NCBI GenBank assembly: GCA_032718475.1 | Contig: JAUCBJ010000021.1 | Coordinates: forward strand, 1 to 64,000 | Direction: 5' to 3' | Source of the DNA: Nemertoderma westbladi | Lineage: Eukaryota > Animalia > Xenacoelomorpha | DNA: 64,000 bases | In this document: piece by piece, positions 39,733-50,770 of the stretch | Layout: each line of letters starts with the position of its first letter | Numbering within the stretch: position 1 is the stretch's first letter | The notes under the pieces: model-generated | The model's input: the letters and a program-made list of their open reading frames with translations, nothing else | Told to the model about the DNA's origin: nothing | Databases searched by the model: none | Program-made: the position numbers and the translations under genes

Positions 39733-41826
39733 TTATTTACTAGTATTAGGTGGAGATTTGTAGTCTCCAGACTCGTTACGAGTCTCTTCAAGAAGTACGA
39801 GACGTTGAGTCGGTCTGTCTACTGTACGACCGTCAATTGTCCGTACCGTCACAGTTCTTGTCACTCCATCCATAGATGGATGTGTGGCTAAAATTACACC
39901 TGTTATCCAGAAGCGTCTTTTTAGATTCACTTCTGCTAACAGCACGTGATCTCCCGGCTTTAATGCGCGGGTGTTATTATACCAAGTTGTTCTGGCAGAA
40001 ATAGAGGGCAAATAATGGTTTTGCCATATTTCCCAGAATTTGTTAGCTAGTAGTTGCGTGATTTTCCACGCTTTTCTACCGTAGCTATCGCCTTCCATTG
40101 GAATAGAAATAGGCGTCAATGTGGTCGGTGCCTGCATTAGCAGGTGTGCCGGTGTCAAAGCAAACTGAGATTGTTTGTCATCGGGTACTAATACTATTGG
40201 TCTAGTATTTAGTATTGCCTCGATTTCAACAAACAGTGTTGTCAGTTGGTCGTCTGTCAATATGTGGTTTACTGGAATGACCTTTGCCATTGCCGTTTTT
40301 ATAGATCTAATCAATCTCTCCCAGACTCCGCCTCTCCATGGACTATCTGGAGGATTAAACTTCCAAACAATCTTGTGAGGTTGTAGTTCGTTCGAGATTT
40401 GATCATGATCTAATTTCTTAAAGGCTCTAGCAATCTCATTCCGAGCACCAACAAAGTTTGTCCCTTGGTCTGAGTACAAGCATTTCACTAGTCCGCGTCT
40501 AGCGATAAATCGCCGCAATGCTAGTATAAACGCGTTGGTGGAAAGATCCATCACACGTTCAATATGAACTGCCCTACTGGACATACATGTGAAAATCAGT
40601 CCCCAGCGTTTTACTAGTATACGTCCACGTTTCGTATGTATGGGACCAAAGCAATCAATTCCAGTCTCTGTAAAAGGTGGTCTGAATGCTTGAAGTCGTG
40701 CTTGTGGAAGTTCACTCATTTCTTGGGTACCTATTCTAGAATGTACCTTTTTACAAATAATACACGTACGTGTCACTGAACTTAATGCTTTACTGGGTCT
40801 AATTAATACAAATCTTGTACGTAAGTAGGAAAGACAGTGGTGTCTTCCAGCGTGTTTCAGATGTAAATGTGCGTCCAGTATCATTGCACGTTGTAGTTCG
40901 TGATGTTGTGGTATTATTATTGGGTATCTAAAGTTTGTGTTAAAGTCAATGTTTTGAAGCCGAGATTTATGACAAATTAAGCCATTATAAATAATCGGAC
41001 TCCAACTCAGTATTGGTGACGACTTGATTGGTTGACCTTGATTTATAGATGTGAATTCGCGCGCGAAATATCGCAGTTGGTAATGGCGAATTAATTTAAT
41101 CTCACACCTGTCAATCTCAGCCAATGTAAGTCGACGTGTAAAGTCGCGTTTGCCTTTAACGTATTGTACAAAACGTACAATCCACGCTAATTTTCGGCAA
41201 GCGTTCGTCCAAGAATCTGTTAAGTTTACAATACGGTCGACGTAAGTATTTGTGACGTCATCAGGTAAGTCAATGGAGAATTTGGAAGGTTTTGATTTAC
41301 TAGAAGGGCCCACGGGTCCGCCGGTAAGTATTCCCTTGTTGATTGTTGATCCGTCCGGGTCTACAAGTAATTTGTCCTTCTTCGTCTTCTTACCTTGGTT
41401 GTCAGTACTTTGTAAGTCGATCGTTAATGGTGGTTTGAACTCTATGGGGTCAGTGGGTTTCGGTAAACTTATTTTTCTGCCGATATTAATCCCAGGTCTC
41501 ACCATAGGTTGCAAGTTTGGTATGTCTCTTGAGCGCAAAGTAACACCTGTATTTACATTAGCGTAGGTACTACCCACATCTGTAATACATGAGGTTTCAC
41601 CGTGCTTATGGTCGCTCAAGTGTGTCAAAATTGGTAGTTTGTCAATACAAGGCCGCTCCAATAGGGAAACTGCGGCTTTTCTATTTGTCAATATGTTACT
41701 AGTGTCTGGTAGAACATTTTGTGACATGTCTGGTGAAATGTTTCGCGGAACATCCGGCGAAATATCTAATGACGTGTCTAGCAAAACGTCTGGTTGACTC
41801 TGGTAACGTATCTGGTTGTTTGTCAA
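39733..41826 (-). CDS. pol: Element C integrase (HHCC, DDE core, BEL C-terminal domain); separated from RT-RH by a 2-nt deletion near 41800
   Basis: HLHLKH..CIIC, GIDCFGP, YSDQGTNF, GGVWERLIRSIK, EIEAILNTRP, DGVTRTVTV, RPTQRLVLLE. Confidence 0.92.
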   Translation of the reverse strand: MTNNQIRYQSQPDVLLDTSLDISPDVPRNISPDMSQNVLPDTSNILTNRKAAVSLLERPCIDKLPILTHLSDHKHGETSCITDVGSTYANVNTGVTLRSRDIPNLQPMVRPGINIGRKISLPKPTDPIEFKPPLTIDLQSTDNQGKKTKKDKLLVDPDGSTINKGILTGGPVGPSSKSKPSKFSIDLPDDVTNTYVDRIVNLTDSWTNACRKLAWIVRFVQYVKGKRDFTRRLTLAEIDRCEIKLIRHYQLRYFAREFTSINQGQPIKSSPILSWSPIIYNGLICHKSRLQNIDFNTNFRYPIIIPQHHELQRAMILDAHLHLKHAGRHHCLSYLRTRFVLIRPSKALSSVTRTCIICKKVHSRIGTQEMSELPQARLQAFRPPFTETGIDCFGPIHTKRGRILVKRWGLIFTCMSSRAVHIERVMDLSTNAFILALRRFIARRGLVKCLYSDQGTNFVGARNEIARAFKKLDHDQISNELQPHKIVWKFNPPDSPWRGGVWERLIRSIKTAMAKVIPVNHILTDDQLTTLFVEIEAILNTRPIVLVPDDKQSQFALTPAHLLMQAPTTLTPISIPMEGDSYGRKAWKITQLLANKFWEIWQNHYLPSISARTTWYNNTRALKPGDHVLLAEVNLKRRFWITGVILATHPSMDGVTRTVTVRTIDGRTVDRPTQRLVLLEETRNESGDYKSPPNTSK

Positions 41827-44800
41827 TAGAAGGCCGCTCCAATAGAGAAACTGCGGCTTTACTATTTGTCAGTATGTTACTAGTGTCTGGTAGAACATTT
41901 TGTGATATGTCTGGCAAAATGTCTGGTTGGCTGTCTAGTAACGTGTCTGTTTGACCGTCTGGCGATATGTCTGGTGTAGAAAGGCTCGCAAGTCTTCCTC
42001 TCTTGACCTTTGAAGTTATATCTTTCCATTTCGCCTTCGGTTTTTTCTTGAGTTTAGCCGCCGTCCTTTTCTTTGCCTTCCCCTTTTTTGGTTTCTTGAT
42101 TTCGGCGTCCTTAGGGATGGTGTTAGACTTGTTGTCGTATAACGGTGGCCAATCTTGCGTCGATTTCTGCAAGAATTGGGGTCCGTGTTGCCAAAATTCT
42201 TTGTTCTCCGGTTTACAGAATTCCTCAGGCATCATTCCTCGCGACGCAATATCGGCTGGGTTTTGTGGTCCGGGACAATGTCGCCAATCTTCTTTTATTG
42301 AACGGTCTAGAATCTCTGCGCGACGGTTAGCTACGAATGTCTTGAATTCAAGTGTGTCGTTGTTTATGTAAAATAAAACCAACGTCGCGTTAGTCCAATA
42401 AAATATCTGTAAACTTGACTGTAGTTCTGTCTGTATAAGGTTCACGATGGTGGTTGACAGGGTTGCGGCTTGTAGCTCAGCTCGTGGTGTCGTCATATAC
42501 TTAGTAGGCATTGTTTTTGCCTTAGAAGTAATGAGCGAAACATCGAATTCTTCTGAGTCTACTTGTCTGCGCAAGTACGCTACCACACCAAAACCGTTGT
42601 CACTGGCGTCAGAAAAACAATGTAATTCCAAGTTGTCAGGAAACGTTGTTTGTAATGGAAAGTAGACTCTGGGTATGGAATAATCCTCTAGCGAAGATAA
42701 TTCTGCCTCCCAGGTCTTCCATAAGTCCACTTGGTCTGATGAGATCGGCTCGTCCCATGTCAGTCCATCTTTCCAAATACTGCGCATATAAATGCGGGCT
42801 TGCAGTATTATTGGACTGATGAATCCTAATGGATCGAACAATCGGCTCAATTTTGACAAGCATGATCTCTTTGTCAGTGTGTTTTCTTGACTGTCCAGTC
42901 TTACCTTCACTCGAAAGTTGTCCGTGTTTGGGTCCCAAAAGAGCCCCAACACCTTGGTCGTCGGTAGTGGTTCGAACTCTAGGTCTATGTCACCACCTCC
43001 ACGCTCAGTCGTTCCGAATGAGTCTACTAATTCGGCACTGTTTGAGGCGAATTTGGTGAGGTTAAAACCTCCGCCCGCTAAGCAGTCCCGTAATTGATGT
43101 GCTACTGTTGTAGCACGTTCTACTGTGTCGCAACTCTGTAAACCGTCGTCGACGTAAAAGTCACGTTCCACAATCCTAATTATCTCTGGGTCATACAAAT
43201 GTTTCTGATCCCTAGCGGCTTGCTTTAGGGCATACATCGTACAGTTTGGGCTGTCCCTGGCACCGAAAACGCGAACTTGCATTTGGTAAGTCGCCGGTGG
43301 TAGACTTAAGTCTCCTTCCGGATACCAGAGGAACCTCAAACTGTCTCTGTCTTGCTCTAACGCTCTCACTTGGTGAAACATAGCTTCAACGTCGCAAGTA
43401 AAAGCTACTTGACGCTGACGGAAGCGCATAATCACCCCCATAAGATAATTATTCATGTTTGGTCCATCCATCAACTTGCTATTGAGGGACATTCCCTCAA
43501 ACAGAGCAGCACAGTCATTGACTACACGTACTTTGTCTGGTTTGTCGGGGTGTCTCACAAAGTGATGTGGCAAATAGTATGTCTGGTTAGTCACTATCTC
43601 TGGGTTAGTCATTCGGATAGCGTATCCCTTGGTCAAATACGTCTCCATCTGAGTGTTGTACTGCAGATGGGCTTTCTCGTCCTTTAATAGACGTTGTCGT
43701 ATTGAGTGTAGACGTCTTAAAGCTAGTGGGTAGTTATTTATGAGTTTAGGACTTTGGCTACGCCATAACATCCCTACCTCATAATGTCCGTCTTTCGTCT
43801 GGCGGATAGTATCTTCCATGATCTTCAAAGATTGTTTCTCTTGTTCCGACATACATGGTTCGTAGCTACCAGGTTCAGCTGTATCTTGTTCTAACCACCT
43901 GATAGTCTTCTCCGTTAATTCTTTGTCCAATACAGCTTGTTCCACTTGATGATTTCTCAACTCGTCATCATCGATATCGACGGGCATTGTTGAGGTTGTT
44001 GGGGTAGGTAGACTCGCAAGCCTTCCGGCGTTATCATCTGTCTTCGATGGAATCTCTAGCTGACTCGTCTTCTCCCCAAGTTCTAAACTCACCTGGTGGA
44101 TTAGCTGCTCCTTGTGACTTATCATACTAGTTACACGTCTGTCATGTTTTGTATGTAAGGTAGTATGGTCCACGTCGTGTGAAAAGGAATGAATTGAATT
44201 TGTAGTTAATAAACTACATGTACTTTGTACATCGTCTTCCTCGTCACTTATGTCCAGTGTGCGCACAGGCGCTCGAGTATACCACCCTATCGGCGTCCTA
44301 CAGGCGTATGCGTTTCCCGCTACGACTGCCGATGGTCTGGTTTCCCACACTTGATGTAGGTTGAATTGGTCTGTCCCGATCAGCATTGCTACCGATCTAT
44401 AATTGACAGGACATTCAGGTACACCAAGGTGTCTGAAATACTTACGGTCCTCCAAGGATTGCTCTGGGACAGGACCTAGTAGGTTACTAAAGTCTTTGGT
44501 GGCCGCAAAAGTCAAATCCTTGAAGGGTAACAAAGACCTCTCCTTTTCGCTGTGTTGCGATTTTGGAAGAAGAGTGTCTAAGTCCAACTTAACTCGTGTC
44601 ACTGGTATTGCACGTTGTCCGTGCATACTACTTACGGTGTAACTGACGCGCTTACCTTGTCTGAGATCCGTTACTACATCAGCTATCTGTTCATCCACGT
44701 AGCTGTGAGATGAGGCTGAATCCAAGATAGCGTAGATTCTCTTGCTCCCCTTTATGCCAGTAATCTTAATCGGAATTACACTGAATCCCTTTAATTGGTC

Positions 44801-45550
44801 AGTCGTCAGAAGCGCGATCGATGGTTGTTCGTCTCCATCAGAATATACGTCGTCGTCTTCTGACTCTTCGTCCGACGATCCGGATTGTTCTGAGAAGCAA
44901 TCCTTGATATGTGTCACAAAGGTTGGAGTCGTTTTCGATTCTCGATTTTTGTAGGCCGCATTACATTTCGCTGCTGCTTCCGGGTATTCCCTGGCGAAGC
45001 GTTTTGTCGGCGTGTGGCTGTCTGTATGGAGCAGACCGTCGTGGTTGCGTCCACAGGATGGACAAGTGTCGGTATTTGGGCAATCCTTGCGAACGTGTCC
45101 GTGTCGCGTACACCGCCAACAAGAGTCCAATGGCCGTATCTGCAGCCGTCGTTCTTCCGAGTTTAACTCGCGAAACTGTCGACAACCTCTCAACTTGTGA
45201 CCGATATACCGCTTGCCTAGATGCTCGCAGTATTGGCAGCCGCTGAAGTTGGTACTGAGTTGCTGTCTCGTCTGTTTTGTCCCAATGGGCGCAGATACCC
45301 TACTACCGTCCGAGAATTGTCGTGATTCCGTCGGTGTGGCGTAAGTGGCCGTCTTAGTGGATGTTGTCTGGGGTTTTTGTCGGTTTGAGGATGGCAAGGT
45401 GATTCCTTCTGCCACGATGTGCTGGTCAGTGTAGTTGGATCGAGTTTCTACCACTGCCTCCCTGGATATCAAAAGGTACACATCCTCCAGTTTTAAGAAT
45501 CCACCCCGCTCTTCTCGCTGGTATTCGATCTTCCTCCACTCCCGACGAAG
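41699..45550 (-). CDS. pol: Element C Gag zinc knuckles, protease, RT and RNase H
   Basis: CWRCTRHGHVRKDC, AILDSAS, YYLPHH..KVRVVND, DVEAMFHQV, FGARDSP, FYVDD, FDPLG, FSDAS, TPRAELQAA, NPADIASRG. Confidence 0.95.
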   Translation of the reverse strand, partial: LRREWRKIEYQREERGGFLKLEDVYLLISREAVVETRSNYTDQHIVAEGITLPSSNRQKPQTTSTKTATYATPTESRQFSDGSRVSAPIGTKQTRQQLSTNFSGCQYCEHLGKRYIGHKLRGCRQFRELNSEERRLQIRPLDSCWRCTRHGHVRKDCPNTDTCPSCGRNHDGLLHTDSHTPTKRFAREYPEAAAKCNAAYKNRESKTTPTFVTHIKDCFSEQSGSSDEESEDDDVYSDGDEQPSIALLTTDQLKGFSVIPIKITGIKGSKRIYAILDSASSHSYVDEQIADVVTDLRQGKRVSYTVSSMHGQRAIPVTRVKLDLDTLLPKSQHSEKERSLLPFKDLTFAATKDFSNLLGPVPEQSLEDRKYFRHLGVPECPVNYRSVAMLIGTDQFNLHQVWETRPSAVVAGNAYACRTPIGWYTRAPVRTLDISDEEDDVQSTCSLLTTNSIHSFSHDVDHTTLHTKHDRRVTSMISHKEQLIHQVSLELGEKTSQLEIPSKTDDNAGRLASLPTPTTSTMPVDIDDDELRNHQVEQAVLDKELTEKTIRWLEQDTAEPGSYEPCMSEQEKQSLKIMEDTIRQTKDGHYEVGMLWRSQSPKLINNYPLALRRLHSIRQRLLKDEKAHLQYNTQMETYLTKGYAIRMTNPEIVTNQTYYLPHHFVRHPDKPDKVRVVNDCAALFEGMSLNSKLMDGPNMNNYLMGVIMRFRQRQVAFTCDVEAMFHQVRALEQDRDSLRFLWYPEGDLSLPPATYQMQVRVFGARDSPNCTMYALKQAARDQKHLYDPEIIRIVERDFYVDDGLQSCDTVERATTVAHQLRDCLAGGGFNLTKFASNSAELVDSFGTTERGGGDIDLEFEPLPTTKVLGLFWDPNTDNFRVKVRLDSQENTLTKRSCLSKLSRLFDPLGFISPIILQARIYMRSIWKDGLTWDEPISSDQVDLWKTWEAELSSLEDYSIPRVYFPLQTTFPDNLELHCFSDASDNGFGVVAYLRRQVDSEEFDVSLITSKAKTMPTKYMTTPRAELQAATLSTTIVNLIQTELQSSLQIFYWTNATLVLFYINNDTLEFKTFVANRRAEILDRSIKEDWRHCPGPQNPADIASRGMMPEEFCKPENKEFWQHGPQFLQKSTQDWPPLYDNKSNTIPKDAEIKKPKKGKAKKRTAAKLKKKPKAKWKDITSKVKRGRLASLSTPDISPDGQTDTLLDSQPDILPDISQNVLPDTSNILTNSKAAVSLLERPSIDKQPDTLPESTRRFARHVIRYFAGCSAKHFTRHVTKCSTRH

Positions 45551-48484
45551 TCAATGGTGGAGTCGTCCTATGATCTTTAATAGGACTGTAGGGGTATTCC
45601 CGTAGTCAAGTTGTCCAATGGATCTCAAAGTAGTGATAGCGTTCTTTATCTCGTCAGCCAGTTTCAATAAGTCTACGGGTTTAGTAATAGCCCCTCCCTT
45701 ACAGAGTTCCTCTATCACTGACCTGGCCATGCTGACTGTACCTCCGTAGATCGAAGTTAAACGATCGTACGCTAGTTCGAAAGCGTCCGGTACACCAACG
45801 AAGGTCTCCGCCAAACGTTTAGGTTCTCCTGACAACGTTTGAAGCAGGTAATTAAACTTCTCCCGTGATGTAAAGGCGCACACGGCGATCTGAGATTCGA
45901 TATAGTCTACGAAAGTATGCCAGTGTTTTGAGCTACCGGAAAACTTCGGTGGTTGTTGTACCGGCAATCCCTGTCTGGCTGCGAATTTCGCTATCTCCTC
46001 AGCAACGTTCAGAGTTTCGCGTCCTTGGTTGGTAATCTGGTTGATATCCCTTCTTGGCGCTTTTCCCTGATACGAAGTATGTTTTGAAGGTACCGGTCTT
46101 TGTGGTTCCTTCGGGTGTCTATTGTGTTCGAATTCAGTGTTCCTCGAACTATCGGTTTGAACTTCCTCCAGACGTTCCTCAATCTGAGCCAACTTGTTAA
46201 CAACTGGTCGCAGGATGTCGGCGAACTGTTGTGTACTGATTGCGTCCGTTGGTTGTAACGTCTTCTGTGTTGGTGTATTTTGTGGAGGATTGTCTACAAA
46301 GGAGTTGTCTGAACGCTCGCGTTTATATTCATCGGCCGCCCCTGTTCTAAATACCTCGCGTTTCGGGTAATCCGATTCGCTCGAAGTACTACTATCATCT
46401 GGATATGGTGGTCGACGTGTTCGCGTCCGTTGCGTCGTACGAATTCTAACGTTTCGTTTCGGAACATCGTCCACTGATCTCCGTTGTTCGGTAGGCTCAC
46501 AAGTCTTCCTCGAAGTCGTAGATTGCGATGTAAACTGGTTGAACGGTCGCGTATCCACTGGTCTCCGTTGTTCGGTAGGCTCACAAGTCTTCCTCGAAGT
46601 CGTAGATTGCGATGTAAACTGAACCGGTGGTCGGACGACAGCGTTTGAATCCAAAGGCTTTGTAGGCCTAAACGTCATTGGGTACGTGTAGTGCATAACG
46701 AGTTTTGGTGTCGAAGGTGGACTCACCTGTTTAGTCGTCAGTAGTGCAGGTCTGGTCAACAAACTACTACGATCTGTAATCGGTGGGTTACTTACCTTGA
46801 CTTTTAGAATAGGCGACGACGTTGCTCTTGGCGGTGTAAACTTGTCCGGAATAACAAACCTGTGTTCCGTCGCACCACGGATAGGAGAAATGTTACTACT
46901 ACCCGCAATCGAAACAGGTTCCTTAGTCGTAACTGGTGCAAACATAGGAGTTACTTGAGGGAATCTTTGACATAAGTCTTTAACTAATTGTCGTTCCCGT
47001 CCAGGTGCTCCTATCGAACCTTCCTTCATTCGTTCCTGGATTTGGCGGTGCCTTACCTCCATCTGGTCTAAATCATGTCCATCTCGAGATCTCATCGATC
47101 GATCGCGGGCTTGTAGATCCAGGTCTTCCTTGGCGTTGGCTAATTCTCTCGCCTTCTTCTCGAGTTCGAAACGAAGTTTAACTTCTTTCTCGCGTTGTTC
47201 CGTTTGTTGTTGTTGCGCCTCGAACTCCGCTTGTCGTATAGCTGATTGAGCCTTTATTTGCCGTTTTTTCATTTCGGTTCTCGCTTCTGAAGCTAACCTT
47301 TGTCGCTCTAACTCGGACGCTGCCGCTGCCGCTGCCGCTGCTGCTTGTCGCTCTAACTCGGCCGCTGCCGCTTGTCGCTCTAACTCGGCCGCTGCCGCTT
47401 GTCGCTCTAACTCGGCCGCTGCCGCTTGTCGCTCTAACTCGGCCGCTGCCGTTCGTTGCGCTAACTCGGCCACTGCTGCTTGTTGTGCAATGTCCAACTC
47501 TAACCTTTCCATTTCGGCTACTTCCAACTCAGCTTGTTCTTGCAGATGAGAGATTCTCGCAACATTCGCAACGCGTAGTTTCTCTTCTTCTGCTGCTACT
47601 TGTGCCATTAAGAATTGAGTTTGTTCCTCCCACTCTTGTTGTTGTCTGTAGATCTGCTGTTGTCGAGCAATTTCTGACGTAGCCATACTCACCTCGCCAA
47701 TTTCGCTGCGAATACTCACCAGTGATTGATCTAGTGTTCCCGGTACCGGTTCGATTTGTGCGAGTGAAGTTTCCCTCGTAGCCTCCGGCACGGTTTCCCA
47801 ATCTCCGACGTCCTCGCCGCACATACGTAAGTGATCCGTCAGGTGTTTCAATTGTCCATCCAGCCTATACAGTTCCTGTTCTTCCTCGGGCTGCAATAAT
47901 TCGTCCGAAACTGACTCACCTAACAACTGGTCCGCTTGTTCCTGTTGTATCTGCCTAATCGTCGACTTAAACTGAATCAGTTTCTCTCTAGCGATCATTA
48001 GTTTCTCGAGGATTCTAAGTTGAGTATCCATGTCCTGTCTCTGTCTAGCTAGATCTTGTAGACCAATTAGGTTATCTACGGACTTATATACTTTACTCTG
48101 TACTCTAACCTGGAGGGTGTAGAACTCGAATCGAGACATCGGAGCGGTCAACTCGTCTAATATGCGTTGGCCTTCTCCAATACTCCTGGTTATATGCGCC
48201 ATGTATCCTCCGACGCTTCTAACCACACTTTCTGTGCTTCCTGCTGAACTTACCATCTCCGTTTCCCTGTATCTAGGTTGCGGGACCGTTAGGAAATCCT
48301 CAGTCCTGCCGTCGCCTCGTACTACGGCATCCGGTACTCCCGTTGGATGTACTGGTGACGCGCACGGTGTAGGTTCGGTAGGCTCACGAGTCTTCCCCTG
48401 TGGTTCTTCCGCTTCTGACTTATCTCCGTCACATGAGTCATAGTCGGTTTGTGTATTTTTCGTATAGTCTTGTTTGTCACTCAT
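45551..48484 (-). CDS. gag: Element C Gag N-terminal part (coiled coil, AAAELERQ repeats, DUF1759-like); in-frame TGA at 45551-45553
   Basis: PPKFSGSSKHWHTF..KFNYLLQTLSGEPK; the frame continues after the stop into LRREWRK and the downstream ORF. Confidence 0.9.
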   Translation of the reverse strand: MSDKQDYTKNTQTDYDSCDGDKSEAEEPQGKTREPTEPTPCASPVHPTGVPDAVVRGDGRTEDFLTVPQPRYRETEMVSSAGSTESVVRSVGGYMAHITRSIGEGQRILDELTAPMSRFEFYTLQVRVQSKVYKSVDNLIGLQDLARQRQDMDTQLRILEKLMIAREKLIQFKSTIRQIQQEQADQLLGESVSDELLQPEEEQELYRLDGQLKHLTDHLRMCGEDVGDWETVPEATRETSLAQIEPVPGTLDQSLVSIRSEIGEVSMATSEIARQQQIYRQQQEWEEQTQFLMAQVAAEEEKLRVANVARISHLQEQAELEVAEMERLELDIAQQAAVAELAQRTAAAELERQAAAAELERQAAAAELERQAAAAELERQAAAAAAAAASELERQRLASEARTEMKKRQIKAQSAIRQAEFEAQQQQTEQREKEVKLRFELEKKARELANAKEDLDLQARDRSMRSRDGHDLDQMEVRHRQIQERMKEGSIGAPGRERQLVKDLCQRFPQVTPMFAPVTTKEPVSIAGSSNISPIRGATEHRFVIPDKFTPPRATSSPILKVKVSNPPITDRSSLLTRPALLTTKQVSPPSTPKLVMHYTYPMTFRPTKPLDSNAVVRPPVQFTSQSTTSRKTCEPTEQRRPVDTRPFNQFTSQSTTSRKTCEPTEQRRSVDDVPKRNVRIRTTQRTRTRRPPYPDDSSTSSESDYPKREVFRTGAADEYKRERSDNSFVDNPPQNTPTQKTLQPTDAISTQQFADILRPVVNKLAQIEERLEEVQTDSSRNTEFEHNRHPKEPQRPVPSKHTSYQGKAPRRDINQITNQGRETLNVAEEIAKFAARQGLPVQQPPKFSGSSKHWHTFVDYIESQIAVCAFTSREKFNYLLQTLSGEPKRLAETFVGVPDAFELAYDRLTSIYGGTVSMARSVIEELCKGGAITKPVDLLKLADEIKNAITTLRSIGQLDYGNTPTVLLKIIGRLHH

Positions 48485-49281
48485 TTCGGTAGTTGTAAGT
48501 CAAGTAAAGTGAGTGTCAAGGTATCAAATTTACCGTATTTTATCTAAACGGTACTAATTACAGTCATATAAAATTAGCCTACCGGCCGATTTTATAGCAG
48601 ATGGATAAAATTAGCCTAGACGGCCAATTTTACAGCAAATAAATGTCACGGAATAAGTATATAATAAAATTAGCCTAGCGGCCAATTTTATAACAAATAA
48701 ATCGGATAACGATATGCGTTATCAAAAGGTAAATTAAATACAATAATACGGACTAATTCAGCAATGAACAAAGAAATCATACGGAATGCATAAATACTTG
48801 AGACAGTGGAACCCACAATAATTTTAACTAATACGGTAATGCCTAACTTATTTATGCAACTTTTCGAACTCACCCACTCCAATAATTCTCCAGAAAAACA
48901 GATTCCCAGATACAAACCGGACGTGAACCTTTCCGTTTTCAGCGTTGCGGACGAAGCGCGATTTTCCCAACCAAAGTTGTTGAGTTATCTATCTCCCAAA
49001 CTTGCTAAACACGGTCTTGCTCCCGTTACAGTCTAGAAATGAGTTCTGAATCCTGAAAAACAAAAGAGTTAGGTTTTACTTTTACGAAAAATTTTGTACC
49101 GGTACAATATGGTATTTAAACCCTTTTAAACACCGGTATTCAATTCCAAAATATTTTACACGCGGTTCAAATCAAATTTTATTTCAAAAAATTAGCACTT
49201 AGCTAATCAAATATAAATTTTTACCTCAAAATACAAAATTTTCAAATAACTTTAGTCCTACCGAACCGTAGTTCAGTAAAA

Positions 49282-49292
49282 CACATTCCTAC
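49282..49292 (-). other. Element C non-tRNA primer-binding site (sense GTAGGAATGTG)
   Basis: Abuts the 5' LTR; 11/11 complementary to LTR 50324-50334 (sense CACATTCCTAC). Confidence 0.85.
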
Positions 49293-50770
49293 TATTCGAA
49301 GAGACAGTAACAATACCTGCAATATCCTACTGTAAAGTTTGTGAATCAAATCATAAATCCGACCTTCTCACCAAAACAGTAAACTCTAAGTAAGCGAATA
49401 TATTGCAGTATCGATCTCTTATAACCGGTGAGGCAGAAAACAGTCTACGAGCAGACAAACTTCGATAAAACAAAATCCCGCGCAGCGAATCCTAAAATCA
49501 GGCTGACTCACTGACGGACTAAGGGGCTCGTATACCTTGCCGCGGTGTGATTTATATGGTTGGGCGAAAGGGACGCTAGCTAGGTACAGAGGCAGAGATT
49601 TGGAGATGTCTAACTAGCGGGCAAAGCACAGTAAGGACAAAGTTAATTTTATATATTTTGAGGTGTAAATAATTTCTAACGCGCGCGTGTGTTAATTCTA
49701 AACAGTCAAAAGCAGTTTTGCTCCTTCACATATATAATTACTGGGTACGGTGTGCATTTTACAAATATTCTAATTTTGTAACTTGTAGGTCCAATACTCA
49801 CGAATGATAAGGTTCCTTCCCCTCTTGCGTATTTCCAGGACTCAAATTCAGGCATAAGGTTAATGCTACGCCCAGAATTCGGCAATTTTAATTTACCAGG
49901 TCCCTAATACTAAGAAGAAATGTGTTAGTTTACTACTGTAGGCGTACAGTTACAAATAGCTATCCTGGCTCTTATCTAGAATTTTAATCACCTAGGTAGG
50001 CTGGGTAACTTCCTATCAAGACGTTGGCGGGGACACGGTAGATGTTAGTATATCCCTAATAGCCTCAATTTATTTTGCGCCTAGTTGTAAACTGCCCTAC
50101 CGCCTGAACGGTACAATCCTAATTCAGGTGAAACACAGCAACCCTCCTAGCCTACAAGTTCTAGTGCAATGGACACCGTTGTACTACAAATAGTCGCAGA
50201 CGCACCTGCACTTAGCAAGAGTTAGGCGTACAGTTTGCTGCACCCTACCAATGTGTATGCTTCGTACCGGTGTGCCTACGTCCTATCTGCGTACTAGTAT
50301 CTGCCTGCTCTCTCTCTCCCCCCGTAGGAATGTGAAGGTCTACTGTGGTTTTTTCCTGAATCAAGACAGTACGGTCCCTAAGATGTAATTTTAGGCTCAC
50401 AGCGTGTCACTACTTCTACCCTTTTATCTTTGGTCTTACGCTTAGGTAGCAAGGCGTCGAACGCTGTCTAACCTTTCAGGCGATGGGCGAATAACTAAGG
50501 TGGTATTGCGGGTTGTCTCCTGTCTACATTCCCTTGATGTTCCCGTTCATCGCTGCGGCCCGATCTCTAGCCGGCCATCCTGTTCCTAAGAGTGTTCACC
50601 GTAGTGAATCATGGTGAAAAGAAAAGCAGGTAGCGGTATTTCTGAATTTATTGCAGATAATAATACAAAATGTAATCTGAAAACTAATGACAGAATAAAC
50701 AAATATCAGATAACTCAGAAGAGATAGAACATTGATAGATAGGATTGATAACTAATGAACAAATCGCACC

